From contig OX597824.1 in assembly GCA_951406725.2 (NCBI GenBank), positions 22,134,001 to 22,198,000 of the forward strand: a stretch of DNA of 64,000 nt. Reading direction: 5' to 3'. Under the pieces are notes generated by a model. The model saw nothing but the letters and a program-made list of their open reading frames with translations, did no database searches and was not told the origin of the DNA. Positions 27,912 to 43,640 of the stretch are shown in pieces; within the stretch, counting starts at the first letter, position 1; every line of letters begins with the position of its first letter. Source of the stretch: Octopus vulgaris. Taxonomy: Eukaryota. A program made the position numbers and the translations under genes.

Positions 27912-28269
27912 GTTACATACACATGCACACACATACACTCCACCAGAACTCAGACACACACACATATGCATACACACATGCACACACACACACACATACA
28001 CACACACACACACACACACATGCACATACACATATACACATATCTATACACACACACATGCACATACACATATATGCATAAACACACATGCACAAATACA
28101 CACCAGAACTCATGCACATACACCCATCAGAACTCACACACACACGTGCGTGCACACACACACACATACACACATGCACACATACATACACACACACAAG
28201 CACGCAGTTGCACCAGAACCCCCCACACACACACACACAAAAAGACTTCCGCACAGAAGCACATAAAAA

Positions 28270-28590
28270 CTGTCGTTCTGTCAGTTACGATGACGAATGT
28301 TCCAGCTGATTCAATCAATAGTACAGCCTGCTCATGAAATTAACATACAAGTGGCTGAGTACCCCACAGACATGCATACCCTTAATGTAGTTCTCAGGGA
28401 GATTCAGTGTGACACGGAATGTGTCAAGGCTGGCCCTTTGAAATTTGGGCACTACACATTTTTGCCAGCTGAGTGGACTGGAGCAATGTGGAATAAAGTG
28501 CCTTGGTCAAGGATGCAATGCATCGCTGGGAATTGAACACACGACCTTATGTTCATGAGCCAAGTATCTTAACCACTAAGCCACATGCCT
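28270..28590 (-). mobile_element. tRNA-headed SINE with the family B1 tail but a different head
   Basis: Head ggcatgtggcttagtggttaag...gttcaattccc; tail matches 7865-8030. Confidence 0.75.
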
Positions 28591-29656
28591 TCATCACATA
28601 CATTCACATATCTACACATGCACATGCTTCGGAATTCACACACACATGAGCGTGCACTCACACATACATATGACTTCACATTCACACTCACACACACACA
28701 CATACATACATACACACAGATACACACACACACACACACACTTACACACACGACATCGCACTCACATACATATACATACACACACACAAACAAACACATG
28801 CTAGGACTGATATACACATGAATGCACACTGACACGCACACAAGACACATGTATACACACACATGCACATGCACACACACACACATTGCACACACATATG
28901 GCATCGCACTCACACACATATACATACACACACAGATGCTAGAACTCATACATATGAATGCACGCTGACACACACACACAAGACACATACATGCATACAC
29001 ACACACACACGTACACACACAATGACACACGCACACTAACACACATACACTTACACATGCACAATTACAATACACACATACAGACTTACACACACACACA
29101 CACACACACACAGATGCATGCACGTTCTCTCTTTCTGTCTCTCCCCTCGTGTATGACCCCACTCACATCCATGCAACAGCATCAATATTGAACCCAGAAC
29201 TAAAAGACAGACTGACAGACTGACCTGAAGCTAGAGTCGGAGCAGAGAGGGCACGTCATTGAAGAGTTTGCATTTGGCAACCTGATAAACACTGCTAATT
29301 GATTGATTGATTAACCGAATGAGTAATCAAATAATCAATTAATTAGTTGGTTAAATAGCCAACCAATTGATGAATAATAAACAAGTGATATTAAACCAGA
29401 GCATGTGTGTATTATTAGCTTAACAGTTATTGACATAATGGGTGGGGAGTGGGTAGAATTCATTACTTCACTCGTTAAAATGCTTCGTAATGTTTCTTCT
29501 GAGTTTATGTCCTGACTACAAGGCCAACAAAGTACAAAGTACACTTTGCCTTTCATTCGGAGTCAACAAAATAAGTACCATCTCAGCATCAATATGTACC
29601 ATCAATATGATTAGCTAGCACCCTGGCCCGAGATTTCAAGCCAAGAAAGAAAATTA

Positions 29657-30493
29657 CCGTAAATCCTCGAGTAGTTAGTTAGTTAGTTAGTTAATTTTTT
29701 GGCTCAAAAAGCAAAAACAAGGCCATGTAGGGGGACATGGAGTTATGTACAGGGTGGTGTTCATGTAAAGAGTTCAGGCCACTTGAGGTCAAGGAAGACT
29801 TTGAACCGAGCGGTCATCGGCATCTTCACCATCTTGTCTGGCAGCTTATTCCACGGATCTGCAACCCGGACGGAGAAAGCCCCTCTCCTTCGATTGAGAT
29901 GAAATCGTCGCAGATAGAGCTTTTCGGAATGACCCCGCAGCCGATGCTCTGGAGCAGAAGTGAAGAACAGCTCTTTCGAGAGGTTACACTTTCTGCTTAT
30001 GATGTTGTGAGCAAGAATGAGATCTCCACGGCGGCGGCGTTTTTCTAGAGAATAAAGGTCGAGCGTCTTCAGCCTTTCTTCATATAGTCCACCCTTGAGT
30101 GGACTATACTTGAGTATAATACGCAGTGGATTTTTAGGGGGCTGTACCTCTGAAAAACCTAAACCTTGTGTATAATATGCTTTTTTGTGTAGCTTTTTTG
30201 TGCATTTTGTTTGCAGAAAATAAAGAAATAACAGTAATAACGTTTAATAAATGTTGCTTACTGCAAGTTATGGATGATTCTTTAATGACTTCATTGCTTT
30301 CAGGCTTAGCTTAAGGTATTTTCCCCACCCAACATCACAAAATACGTCTGAATAAACATTGCCGGACAGCAAATAGAGACTCGGACATTGCTTAGAAAAT
30401 AAGTTTCATATTTAATCTCGTATATAGTACGCAATAGGGATTTTGACCTTTAAATTTTGAGAAAAAAAACGGATTATACTTGAGTATTTATGG
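29657..30493. mobile_element. Tc2/pogo-like MITE interrupted by a CR1 fragment
   Basis: TIRs ta-ccgtaaatcctcgagta and tacttgagtatttatgg-ta. Confidence 0.6.
29674..30092 (-). mobile_element. 5'-truncated CR1 LINE with intact ORF2 C-terminus and (AACT)n tail
   Basis: YEERLKTLDLYSLEKRRRRGDLI...RLRGHSEKL...FSVRVADPWNKLP...FKVFLDLKW*. Confidence 0.92.
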
Positions 30494-30744
30494 TATTATG
30501 GACTGGCAGAATCATTAGAATGCCCAAATTTCGGGTCTTGTGCTTTTAGTAGAAAGGGTCATTGTTATCATCAGGTGGCAAGCTGGCAGAAACATTAGCA
30601 CGCTGGGTGGAATACCTAGCAGTATTTCGTCTGCCGTTACGTTGAGTTCAAATTCTGCCGAGGTCAAATTTGCCTTTCATCCTTTCGGGGTCAATTAAAT
30701 GATCACCCCTGTGGGCAATAAAGAAATAAATTATTATTATTATT

Positions 30745-31188
30745 TTTTTTTCTCCTTCTTTCTTCAAATTTCTCACCAAGTGTTTTCCGTACACCTAGGG
30801 CAGAGAAGCTCATTGTATGTATTCTCAGATTACACAGGCAAATTCACAGATAAAATATGTATTTAAAAAATTAATAAATAAATAAATTCATGGATGGATG
30901 TTGTTTTCACACCGATAATGCTCTTCTTAGTACATGAGTCGTTCCAGCTAACACGATTTTTTGCACTTCCTGTAGGGATGGTAAGCCTGGTATCATTTTC
31001 AAATAGGTTTCAGTACCTTTTTTTTTATCATTCTTAGAGATCCTACAATCACTGGTACTGTAGTCGCCTTGAGATGCTACATTTTTTCAATTTCTATTAG
31101 CAAGTCTTTATATTTACTGATCTTGTCAAATTCTTTCGCCACTATATTGTGATCGCAAGGAGTACTTATGGCAATTAATAAACATGCC
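30745..31188 (-). mobile_element. R4/Dong-clade retrotransposon 3' end (RLE endonuclease) in TAA repeats
   Basis: CLLIAISTPCDHNIVAKEFDKISKYKDLLIEIEKM*HLKATTVPVIVGSL...EVQKIVLAGTTHVLRRALS, bounded by (TTA)n. Confidence 0.85.
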
Positions 31189-31246
<58 letters not shown>

Positions 31247-31378
31247 ATCTTGTCGAGGTCGACTTTGCCTTTCATCCATTCGGGTTAGATAAATTAAGTA
31301 CCAGTTGAGTACTAGGGTCAATGTAATCGACTATTCCCCTCCCCCAAATTTCAGACCTTGTACCTATAGTAGAAAGGG

Positions 31379-31416
<38 letters not shown>

Positions 31417-31661
31417 GTTATTATCATCATTTTTATTATTGAGTGAGAGAGCAGTGAATGCCATCAAAGTGACACTGAGGTATAAATATACAAAGCCCAA
31501 TATACCCATCATGACTACCTGTCTGATAAGGGTACACCAGGCACATGCATCACAATCATCTGTGTGCAACATGGTGATCTTGTATCATGATAAAAAGTGC
31601 TTGACATTGCAGGTGGGGCCCAGTTAGAATTTTCTTCAGGTTGATGTAATCGACTATAACC

Positions 31662-31809
31662 ACTAACATAACTAGAGTGTGTGCTACCCGGGGCAGCCCT
31701 TCCATATGCAGCCCCCAGACCCCATAAAAAACACATATTGCCTACAAGAGACCCAAAAGTGCTGCCCTGGTGAGACCGCCCCTACCACCCCCACGTAGCT
31801 ACGCTAGTG
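31662..31809. mobile_element. GC-rich MITE-like element; inverted relative at 32171-32377
   Basis: ctagagtgtgtgctacccggggcagccc versus gggctgccccaggcagcacacactctag; degenerate terminal inverted repeats. Confidence 0.5.
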
Positions 31810-32734
31810 ACTATACCCCTCCCCCATTTCAGGCCTTGTGCCTATAGTAGAAAGGATTATTATTAATATTAAGTTGGTGAGTTTGCAGAATCACTAGCAT
31901 GCTGGACAAAATGCTAACAGGCATTTCTTCCAGCTCTTTATATTCTGGGTTCAAATCCTGCGGTGGTCAAATTTACATGCCATTCTTTTTGTATCAATAA
32001 AATAGGTACCAGTTGAACACTTGGGTCAGTGTAACCAACAAGCCTTCTCCTGCAAAATCTCAGGCCTTGTGACTTTCGTAGGAAGGGTTAATAACATAAT
32101 GACCCTCCTCTCAGATAGAACAGAAAACTAAGAATTTGTTGGTCTGAATGATGGCAGATTGCCAAACCCAACTAGTGTGGCTAGGAGGAAGGGAGGGGGG
32201 GAGCAGGGAGCAGGGAGGGTAGAAGGGGTGGTCGGCCCTGGGTGACACTTTTAAAGGGGTGGCAATTTTCATCCTGTTGTAAGGTATTGCTGTAGGCAAT
32301 ATGTATCTTTTGAGGGGTCCAGGGGTGGCAAACGGATGGGCTGCCCCAGGCAGCACACACTCTAGCTATTGCTAGTGCCAAACACAAAGGTATATGGTAT
32401 TCCACAGGGTTTCTGTGCATGCGTGTGTGTGTGTGTGTGTGCACATGTGTGTTTGTGTGTGTGTATGTGTGTGTGTGTGTGTGTGTCTGTCTGGTTGAGC
32501 ATGTACATTATACAATGCATAAGTATTGCACTATAGAGTTCTTCAGCTACCTGTGTTTTTTTTTATATGATTTTGAGAGATTTATGCAAATTTTGGTCCA
32601 GATTTGTCAAGAATTTATGGAGTTATTTCAGAACAATCAGACAAACATTTATACCAGTAGATGATTCTATGTATTTGTGTGTGTGTGTGGTGGTGGTGGT
32701 GGTGGTGGTGGTGGTGGGAGATTGCTGCATGCAA

Positions 32735-33390
<656 letters not shown>

Positions 33391-33846
33391 GTATTCTAAC
33401 ATACCATGTCATTTGTCTGCAAACTGGGTCATGCATTTATGCATTGGCTGACGCATCATTGCACCGAATGACACTGCTGTTGTGAGCTGATGCATCGTTG
33501 CACCGAGTGACATGTCTGTTGTGAGGAGCTATATGAGTATGCGTGGCACTTTGGGCAAGTGACTCCTACTACAGTCTCGAGTCATCCTTCGATGCATTGG
33601 AAGGGAAATTTGCTTGATGGAAATTGTTAAGAACGCCCATCATGTGTTTGTGTGTTTGTGTGTGCGTATGTTTGTATATGTGTGTGCATATATGTGCGCT
33701 TGTGTGTGTGTGTGTGTGTGTGAGTGCATGTGTGTGTGTGTGTGTATCCTTGCGTTGTACTACTGATGCCATTCACCAAATGTTGATGGTGTTTTTGTTT
33801 ATGTTCAATGACATGAACAAAATGTCAGGCATTCTCTGCAGTTAAA

Positions 33847-33926
33847 TGACGACGACGACGACGACGACGGCGATGATGATGTATTCATCATCATCATCAT
33901 CATCATCATCTTCACCATTATCTTCG

Positions 33927-33958
<32 letters not shown>

Positions 33959-34227
33959 GTCCTCATCATCATCATCATCATCGTCATCACCATCAAAATC
34001 ATCATCATCATCATCATCATCATCGTTGTCGTCATCATCATCATCATCATCGTCATCATCATCATCATCATCTTCGTCATCATCATCATCATCATTGTCG
34101 TCGTCATCATCATCATCATCATTGTCGTCGTTCATCATCATCATCATCATCTTCATCTTCATCATCATCATCATCATCATCATCGTCGTCACCATCATCA
34201 TCACCATCACCGTCATCGTCATCATCG

Positions 34228-34258
<31 letters not shown>

Positions 34259-34333
34259 TGTCGTCATCACCATCATCATCATCATCATCATCATCATCGT
34301 CATCATCATCGTCGTCGTCGCCGTCATCATCGT
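33847..34333. repeat. (CAT/CGT)n microsatellite
   Basis: Direct reading. Confidence 0.95.
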
Positions 34334-34854
34334 AATGTAATGGGGGTCATCTAATGAGGTAATTTACTTTAAAAACAAGCAGGGTCAGTATCATGAAGAG
34401 CACCTGGCCATTGTATACTGACCTCAGCAAAGTCCAGTCCAATTCTAACTAGCGTGGAAAAGAGCAGATGCATGAACTTTAATGTTGAAGATGATGATTT
34501 CACATAATGACATATATGTATATGTATAAATATATATATATATATATTTGAAAAAAATGGCAGAAGATTTGGTATATTTTAATTAAATATACTAAGGTAT
34601 ATACCGAATTGTTTGATATATTTCATTTTTGGATTTGGTTTGCAAGATTCTTTACATGAGTTCGTGTGTTGAAGCATAATCTGTTGTGTCTGAGGAGAAT
34701 CATTCTCTTTTAGTGCCTTATAATTTAACACACTCACCGATAAAATTTCCACTTATTTATTACTTTTATATTCCTAGAATTTTCATTGCATCTTGCAACC
34801 TTTTCAATAGTCTTGGTATATATTTTAATATATATATATGTAAATATATATATC

Positions 34855-34889
<35 letters not shown>

Positions 34890-34897
34890 ATACATAT

Positions 34898-34947
<50 letters not shown>

Positions 34948-34948
34948 A

Positions 34949-35183
34949 CAGGTAGGCCCCAAAGTAGGTTTACAGTTATTCAACTCTCTTTTGCATTCAT
35001 ACATTAACAGTTTAGACCTTAATTATAAAAAAATATGAAACCATTATTCTTTGCTAATTTAGTTCATTTTGTCAATCTCTTTTTTGAGTTTGTAAGATAG
35101 AAATTTAAATGTAATAAAACGTTTTAAAAGAAATTTAAATTGCCTATGTGATAACTGTAAACAAAGGCAATTTTGGGCCACCC

Positions 35184-35184
<1 letters not shown>
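34949..35184. mobile_element. Tc1/mariner-type MITE
   Basis: TIRs caggtaggccccaaa...gtttacagttat and ataactgtaaac...ttttgggccaccctg. Confidence 0.65.
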
Positions 35185-35231
<47 letters not shown>

Positions 35232-35247
35232 CACACATTCATACATA

Positions 35248-36310
35248 CCAGCTGAATTATCCGGTAATACCTGGGTAAGTGGGGTTATTTCCAGTTCCCA
35301 TTTCCATTACACTGTTTCATGTCCTATCATGTTCCCTGTCCAGTTCCCGTTTAAATCACAAATAGATTTACAAATACTGACAAGTAATACATTTGAATCA
35401 TAAAATCATATGGTAATATCAAAATTGAATTGGTGGATTGTTGGAAGGATGAGAGGATTGACAATGTGCAACTATGAAACAATTGATTAATGGTTGATTA
35501 TTATCAATTTTGAGGGTCTTAAGCTCAGTTGCTGTCACATTGTAAAATTTTAAAATTGTGTCAATATTTTCAAATCTGGTATATTGAAATGATTTTCCAC
35601 ATTATATCCAATTTTGTTATATATTTGTTCCAGAAAAATTGCAGTAAAATTTTACTGGGGGTTTAAAGTTTAATTAATTTTACCTAATCAGAAAACATGA
35701 TTTGGAAGCTGGCATTTTCTGCATGATAGTTGTCTATCACAAAATGAAAGCAAAGCATTACTATGACCAAATTTGTAAGAACTTCTGAAGTTTTAATAAG
35801 TTTTAATGGATAAAGTCATGTGAAATGGTCAAACATGTTGATAATTTAAAATGAAAAAAGATCATCAAGGAAATGTTTTGCAGAAAATGGCCCAAATCTG
35901 TCCTGATCAAGAGGTTTATCTGTTGGGGAAGGCATGGTCTGACATGGAATAAACAAAAATTAATATAAGACATTCTATTGTAAAAACTGCCTGACAATGG
36001 AAGAAAATGAAAGATATTATCTATAGTTTTACTGTTTCAGTACATTGGTAAAGTTTTAATAAATCATAATGTGGTGATTTGAAAACAAATATAAAAACTC
36101 TATACTGTTCACTTGTTAGTTTTATTCACCCTTCTCATTTTATCATATAATAGCTCAACTCCCGTAGAGGGCCCATTATCAACATTTTAGTGAAATCTAA
36201 TTGACCTATAATTGAACTGGATGTTAGTTTAACATGTATGCAAAGTTTTGTAAAGATTGGTTTGCTGGTCTAGGCACCAGGATGGTAACAGACAGACAGA
36301 AATTGCCATT

Positions 36311-36318
<8 letters not shown>
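35248..36318 (-). mobile_element. Older, longer non-autonomous Helitron-like element
   Basis: Ends parallel the 12993 family: ccag...ccggtaatacctggg hairpin end and (gaca)n...tttatatata end. Confidence 0.5.
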
Positions 36319-36355
<37 letters not shown>

Positions 36356-36594
36356 CTCTAGTTTCAGCTCAGAGCTGCAACCATGCTGATGCACCGCTGT
36401 TTTGCTACACTGTTATTACTAAGAGCCTCCTCCAATATGTGACACTTGGTGAAGAATGGAGTTTGATGTAGCTACCCTCATTTGCACCTCTTGCTGTGAG
36501 GTAGCTTCCTCTGGGACACTCGACAGGAAGAGGTCTAGCTTTGATTTATACATACATACATATATATATATATATATTGATATATATATATTCT

Positions 36595-36729
36595 TTTATT
36601 CATTAATTCTTTTATTTATTAAAGACATTTGACTGCAGCCATGGTGGAGTACCGCTAAGTTATGGGGACATAAAAACACCAGCATCGGTTGTTAAGCGAT
36701 GTTGGAGAAACAAACACAGACACACAAAT

Positions 36730-36775
<46 letters not shown>

Positions 36776-36795
36776 TTATATATGTATGTATGTAT

Positions 36796-36838
<43 letters not shown>

Positions 36839-37485
36839 ATATAATAAATAAATAAAATATATGCATATATACATGCATATATGTACATACTTACATCTAC
36901 ATGTATATATATATGCATATATATATATATGAGTACAGGACACCACAAATAAACGTAGAACACAACAAGAAACAAAAACATAAAATCAAACAAGGAAACG
37001 GACTTTTTTTAACAACGAAAAAACAAGGAAACGGACTTTTTTTAAAACAACGAAAAAACAGAGTACAGGACAAACAATACAAGGAAAAATCCCCTTCATC
37101 AGCTGCCCCTGGTTCGACTCAATGTGTGTTTCGAAGGTAAGGACAGAACACAGCCAGACCGAAGCAGTCCTTCCTGCAAAAGGAATTAAGTAAAATTCTT
37201 TTGCAGAGGGGTAAACCAAGTTACAATAACAGGATGTAAAAGCAATACAAATGAAGAAAAAACAGTACAAATAAAGAACAGGACAGGGAACCAACAATAA
37301 GGGCTTTTTTTGCCTAGACGGTGGATGACGGGGTTCTTTCAGTTTCTGTCTACCAAATCCACTCACAAGCTTTGGTCGGCCCGAGGCTATAGTAGAAGAC
37401 ACTTGCCCAAGGTGCCATGCAGTGGGACTGAATCTGAAACCATGTGTTTGGTAAGCAAGCTACATACCACACAGCCACTCCTCCT
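36595..37485 (-). mobile_element. Family A SINE split by an insertion (36925-37320) in its internal (TA)n
   Basis: SINE tail at 36595-36720 and head at 37325-37485. Confidence 0.75.
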
Positions 37486-38059
37486 ATACATACATACATG
37501 CATATGTATGTATGCTTTTATAGCAAGTTAATGCAGGTAGTTTATCCTGTCCCCCTCCAACTTTTAGTTCATGCAATTGAAAAAAACTGCATTATTTATG
37601 AGATGACCTTTGTAGCTGATATGCCTTTGATCATATGACTGGTCAATCAAGGTTGCCTCAGAGCTAAACAACAACAATAGATCTGAGCTATCACAATCGA
37701 ATTTCTGTAATGATGGCAGTTTCTTCATGCCCAAAAAACATGAGGACGAGAGGTAAATCCTCAAGTGGTTATATAAACTGATCCATCAATCCGGGGCTCT
37801 TCTTCCTGCTTGCACTTTCATTATCATCATCATCATCATCATTTAGCGTCCGCTTTCCATGCTGGCATGGGTTGGACGGTTCAACTGGGGTCTGTGAAGC
37901 CAGAAGGCTGCATCAGGCCCAGTCTGATCTGGCAGTGTTTCTACGGCTGGATGCCCTTCCTAATGCCAACCATTCCATGAGTGTAGTGGGTGCTTTTTAC
38001 ATGCCACCCACACAAGTGCCAGATGGAGCTGGCAAATGGCAAACTTTGGAGGTCTGACC

Positions 38060-38690
38060 ACAGTGTCTCAGTGGGCCAAGACAGCTGCAGTGACCTACAA
38101 ATTGCAGGTTTTATATCAAAACAGGCCTTCTCGTAGCTGAAGGAGAACTCCACCTACTCAAGTAAGCTACCGTAATACAGGAGTCGACAGACCTAACTCT
38201 GGTTCTCTCAAACTGAATCATTGTTTAATGTCTGACACATTATTGCTGAACAAACAAGATGGTGAGATTGTCCACAATTTGTTTGTTCTACAATATCACT
38301 AAATCTTTACTTCAAAACTTACATGATCTTTGCATCAGGATTTGCAGGATATTAACCCCAGAGACCAATTCATGCATCTAGCGTCTGAAAGAGAAGCTAC
38401 TTAGTTTGACAGGATTATCTGATAAACGGTGCTACCAATAGTTGGTCAGTGAAAAATTCTTTGTGATAAGAAAAGATCTTATATCTCTATTAAATAATGC
38501 AACAGCTCTTTGGATCAGATTCAATTGTTTGGAAATTACCAAGAGAGAAATGTTTCCTGGAATGTCTCTCAGACCATCCCCTGTGTTCTCCATAATACTT
38601 CAAAAGCTTTGACACCCTCATCGACAAACTTGTTGAGACACAGGCATCAACAACCACAATTACGGCTGTCAAGATTGAAAAATGGATATC
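38060..38690 (+). mobile_element. Decayed Ty3/Gypsy gag relic
   Basis: LKEKLLSLTGLSDKRCYQ*LVSE and IMQQLFGSDSIVWKLPREKCFLECL...DTLIDKLVETQ resemble invertebrate Gypsy gag (from memory); stops and frameshifts. Confidence 0.55.
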
Positions 38691-38764
38691 GAAACAGAAT
38701 TGATGATGGTGATGATGATGGTGATGATGGTGATGATGATGATAACAAAGACAATTGGTAGTAG

Positions 38765-38796
<32 letters not shown>

Positions 38797-39841
38797 CTGG
38801 TGATGAAGAGGTGGATGGAGGATATCTATATGCAAGACTCTGTTACTGGACTTATCTATCTCGTCTGACATATGTAGCAATATGTAAAACATATCATTGA
38901 CATTTTAACTGCCAGACAATTTATGGAAGATGGTTTGTCTTTGCGTGAAAGTGTGTGTGTGCATGCGTGTGTGTCTGTGCATGTGTATGTGTGTGTGCAT
39001 GTGGGCGTGTGCATGTGTGTGTGCATGTGTGCATGTGCATATGTGTGTATGCATGTGTGTGTATGTGTGCATTGTGTGTGTGTGCGCGTGTGTGTGTGTG
39101 TGTGTGCATGTGAGTGTGTGCATGTGTGTGCATGTGTGTGTGTGTGTGTGCGTGTACATGTGTCTGTGTGCACACATGTGTGTGTGTGTGTGTGTGCGTG
39201 TACATGTGTCTGTGTGCACACACGTGTGTGTGTATGTGCATATGTGTGTATGTACATGTGTCTGCTTGTGCATGTGTGTGCACACGTGTGTGTGTGTGTG
39301 TGCGCGTGTGTATGTGTGTGTGTGCGTGTAAATGTGTGTGTATATTAAGCAGAACTTTCTATATTATTTCAGTAGTAACTGTATTAGGGTTCTGCCTATG
39401 ATCAGAAAAAAAAAAACAACACACACACACACAACAAAAACATGCTGTTGCTGATACTATAACAACAACAACAACAACAGCAACAACAACCCCAAACCCA
39501 ACCTCAACACCACCAACAACAAATACTGCAAGAAAAACTTTTGATAAACAGAACAGAAGGAAAGAACAAAGAATCTATTGATATGTCTCCTAGGATGGAG
39601 GAAGGGATTATAAATATGGAAGTGTCAGTTATGTAGGAGCCAGCCTTAGATATTTCCTCTTAACATATGGGTATTTTGAGTCATACTCATAAAGTAACAG
39701 TAATGTCAGCAGTTATGCTCACCATGACATCTCAGCCCCTCCTCAGCTTCAGTGGTTTCCAAAAAAAAAAAAAGAAAAATACAAAAGCAAACACACCCCC
39801 TCAAAAAATGGTAAGTTGATGGAGTACATAACATATTTTAA

Positions 39842-40362
<521 letters not shown>

Positions 40363-40520
40363 ATAGATCTTGAAATAGAAATTGGCAAAATGTGAAACCT
40401 CAAGACTAAAACAATACCTGTTGTCATAGCTGCCCTAGGAATGATAGCAAAAGGGGCTGATTGCTACCTAGCTCAGATGCCAGGAGACCCCAAAATGGTA
40501 GAAATTCAAAAGATAGTGTA
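40363..40520 (+). mobile_element. R4/Dong RLE fragment, second subfamily
   Basis: DLEIEIGKM*NLKTKTIPVVIAALGMIAKGADCYLAQMPGDPKMVEIQKIV, homologous to the peptide at 30745-31188. Confidence 0.8.
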
Positions 40521-41290
40521 CCAGACTTAGAGAAAATTTAAATAAGTACTCGGGTCAAGTCATTTAACTAAAAATCCTTCAAAAGTGGTGCCCCAGCATG
40601 GCCACAGTCTAATGACTGAAACAAGTAAAATTTAAAAGATAAATTCTATGCTTATTGCTAAATTACACAGTTTGCAACAGAAATTTTAGCACATTTCATA
40701 AAAATCATCACTCAAAAATCATCATTCAAATTTGTAGAAATTTAGTTATTATGATGCTTTTGTAATAACAGATTTAGTTTCAAGTCCAGAGTTTTTCTGA
40801 ATGAGTTTCCACGATGACACAACATTGGATTTTTACATGATGACATCTAAGCTAAATAATTATGTTATATATAATTTTATTTTGTATATATATATAGTTA
40901 GGGGAAAAATGTATCAAGATTTCGTTCTGAAATTTGTAGAAATTTAATTAATGTACAAAATAATACACATCATGTGACAAGAAAATTTTTTTTTTGCATT
41001 CTGCCCAGAGTTAAGATAACGAAGTCACCTTAATAGCAGAAAATTGGAGATGAAAGCTCAGGTAAATAATTACATTATGTGTAATTTCATTTCGTTTATG
41101 TATATTTAGAAACATGTCAGATTTAGTACTGAAATTTGTCAGATTCAGTTCTGAAATTTGTAGAAACTATATTCATTCAGCCTCTGTGGTTGGTGACAGG
41201 AATTGGTAACCCACCCTTATGACTGATTTTAACATAGCACATCAACCCCTCTCACTGGTTTTAAACATGACTCACAGATCTTTCTCTGTC

Positions 41291-41325
<35 letters not shown>

Positions 41326-41567
41326 TGCCCCACATACACACACACATACATACATATGTACATATGTACATACATTTACATAGATATGTTGAGTCAACAG
41401 TTCCCTGAACAAAGACTCTGTTTTAAACATTGCATTTTCCACTTCTCATGCCAAGTTCAATGTACTCTTTTTGTTGAGTTTACTAAATAGCATAAGTCTT
41501 GCTGTTGCAGACCAACACCAGATTCTTTGTAGTTTATTTGATTATGTGTGTGTGTGTGTGTGTGTAT

Positions 41568-41652
<85 letters not shown>

Positions 41653-41921
41653 TCATCATCATCATCGTTTAGCGTCCGCTTTCCATGCTAGCATGGGTTG
41701 GACGGTTCAACTGGGGTCTGGGAAGCCCGAAGGCTGCACCAGGCCAGTCAGATGTGGCAGTGTTTCTACAGCTGGATGCCCTTCCTAACGCCAACCACTC
41801 CGTGAGTGTAGTTAGTTGTGTGTGTGTGTGTATGTGTGCTTGTGTATATACACATATGTATATATATAAATATATATATATATTTGTGTGTGCTTCTGTC
41901 TATGTGTGTCTCTGTATATAC

Positions 41922-41970
<49 letters not shown>

Positions 41971-42262
41971 AGTGTGTGTATGTATATATGTATGTATGTA
42001 TATATGTGTCTGTATATATGTATATATATATATTTCTATGTGTGCATGTGGGTGGTTGTGTGTGTGTGTGTGTGTGTGTGGTGAAGGTACGTGGCTCAGT
42101 GGTTAAGGTATTTGGCTCATGACTGTAAGATCAAGAGTTCAATTACTGGCAACACCTTATGCCCTTAAGCAAGACACTTAATTTCACAAGCAGGCTGCTT
42201 TGTGGATTGGATCAACTGGAAGCCTTATCATTGTAAGTAACAAAATGCTAGTAGTAGCAGTA

Positions 42263-42305
<43 letters not shown>

Positions 42306-42342
42306 CACATATATGTATGTGTGTATATATATATATATATAT

Positions 42343-42545
42343 AGTTAATCCAAACATGAAAACACAAAGAGAAAACACAACGAGGATGTGAAACAAGCAT
42401 AGTGTTATTGGACACTCAGGAAAGGAAAGAAAGAAGGAGGATTTAACGTTTCGAGTAGAGCCCTTTGTCAGAAACATAGAAAAAGGAAAGGTCCAAGGAA
42501 GGGAAGATGGAGAAAGAAAATCGCCAACGATACACACACGGACAC
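42343..42545 (-). mobile_element. Hammerhead-like short repeat (48389 family)
   Basis: Minus strand: tgtttCTGACAAagggctctactcGAAAcGTTaaa...tcctgag...gtttggattaa. Confidence 0.7.
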
Positions 42546-42569
42546 ATATTGAATATATATATATATATG

Positions 42570-42905
42570 ATTTTTTTCTATTGCTTTATCATTATCTTAC
42601 TAATGATAATTATTCATGCCCCTAATAATGGTATTTAACTATTTATATAATCAATTCCATCACCTTGAATATAAAGATAATTCATATTTTGAAATTATTT
42701 AGATAATAATAATGTTTATACGATGTTTAGGTATAAAAATATTTTTTAGTGTACCTACTTGTAATTATAACTATAATTATGTATTCTAAACAATACTTAA
42801 TGAATGTATATTAATATTGTTTTTTATATACTTACGGTATATGCTTTAATCTATCCCTAAAATATATTAATCTTAAACTGCATTACAGCCTATTCTCTAT
42901 TTACT

Positions 42906-42964
<59 letters not shown>

Positions 42965-43640
42965 GAACCTTTAATCTTTAATTTAATGTTTTTCATATTT
43001 TTCATGTTGATATCAAACTCTATATTTTCCAAACTCTGACTCAATAAAGAATAAATATATGTTTTTCCTTTTCTTATACCAAAACAATATAAGATCCTAA
43101 TTATTTCTTAATATTTTAATAAATCTCCCTTCTCCTCTTAAAAAAACTTTCTTATTAATGTATATTGATTTTATTCTCATTGTCTTCCATACTTTCTATG
43201 AATTTTTAAAAATATCTACTTATATCTCCAAATTTTTTAAATTTTTTAATTTAACATTGTTCATATTTCTCTTGTTTAAATCAATCCCTTTATTTCGTAA
43301 ACATTGTCTCTAAATATTTTATTAAGTTTCAGTTTGTTATAATTTTTTTCTCTATTTTTACAACCTTTTATTTTCAAGATTTTTAGTAATAAATATATCT
43401 TCTTCCTTTTATTATACTAAAAATATGTACTAGTTACTTTTTAATTATATTACTAAAATTCCTTTCCATCCATTTGTAAGACAAATTATTATTTTATATT
43501 AATTTTATCCTTATTGTCTTCCATAATTTTTAACATTCCATTTAAATATTGACTTTGCATTCTTGAAATTTTGAGATGTTAGTAGTTAACAAGCATTTTC
43601 CTTCACCTGAGAATGTAGCGTTTTAAAAGATTTTTTGCAT
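42570..43640 (-). mobile_element. Very AT-rich decayed repeat, probably Penelope-like body
   Basis: 43290-43575 is the reverse complement of 58555-58825 (caagaatgcaaagtcaatattt, atggaagacaataag), which sits between hammerhead-bearing inverted repeats. Confidence 0.5.

Noticed and set aside
33447-33525. Two-copy ~39-bp tandem repeat, and loose repeats at 40720-41170
   Set aside because: Ordinary local duplications with no further structure.
34785-34812. Hairpin plus GAAA on the minus strand (ttgaaaag-gttgca aga tgcaat-gaaa) as a hammerhead
   Set aside because: No CUGANGA box and no helix I or III that I can support.
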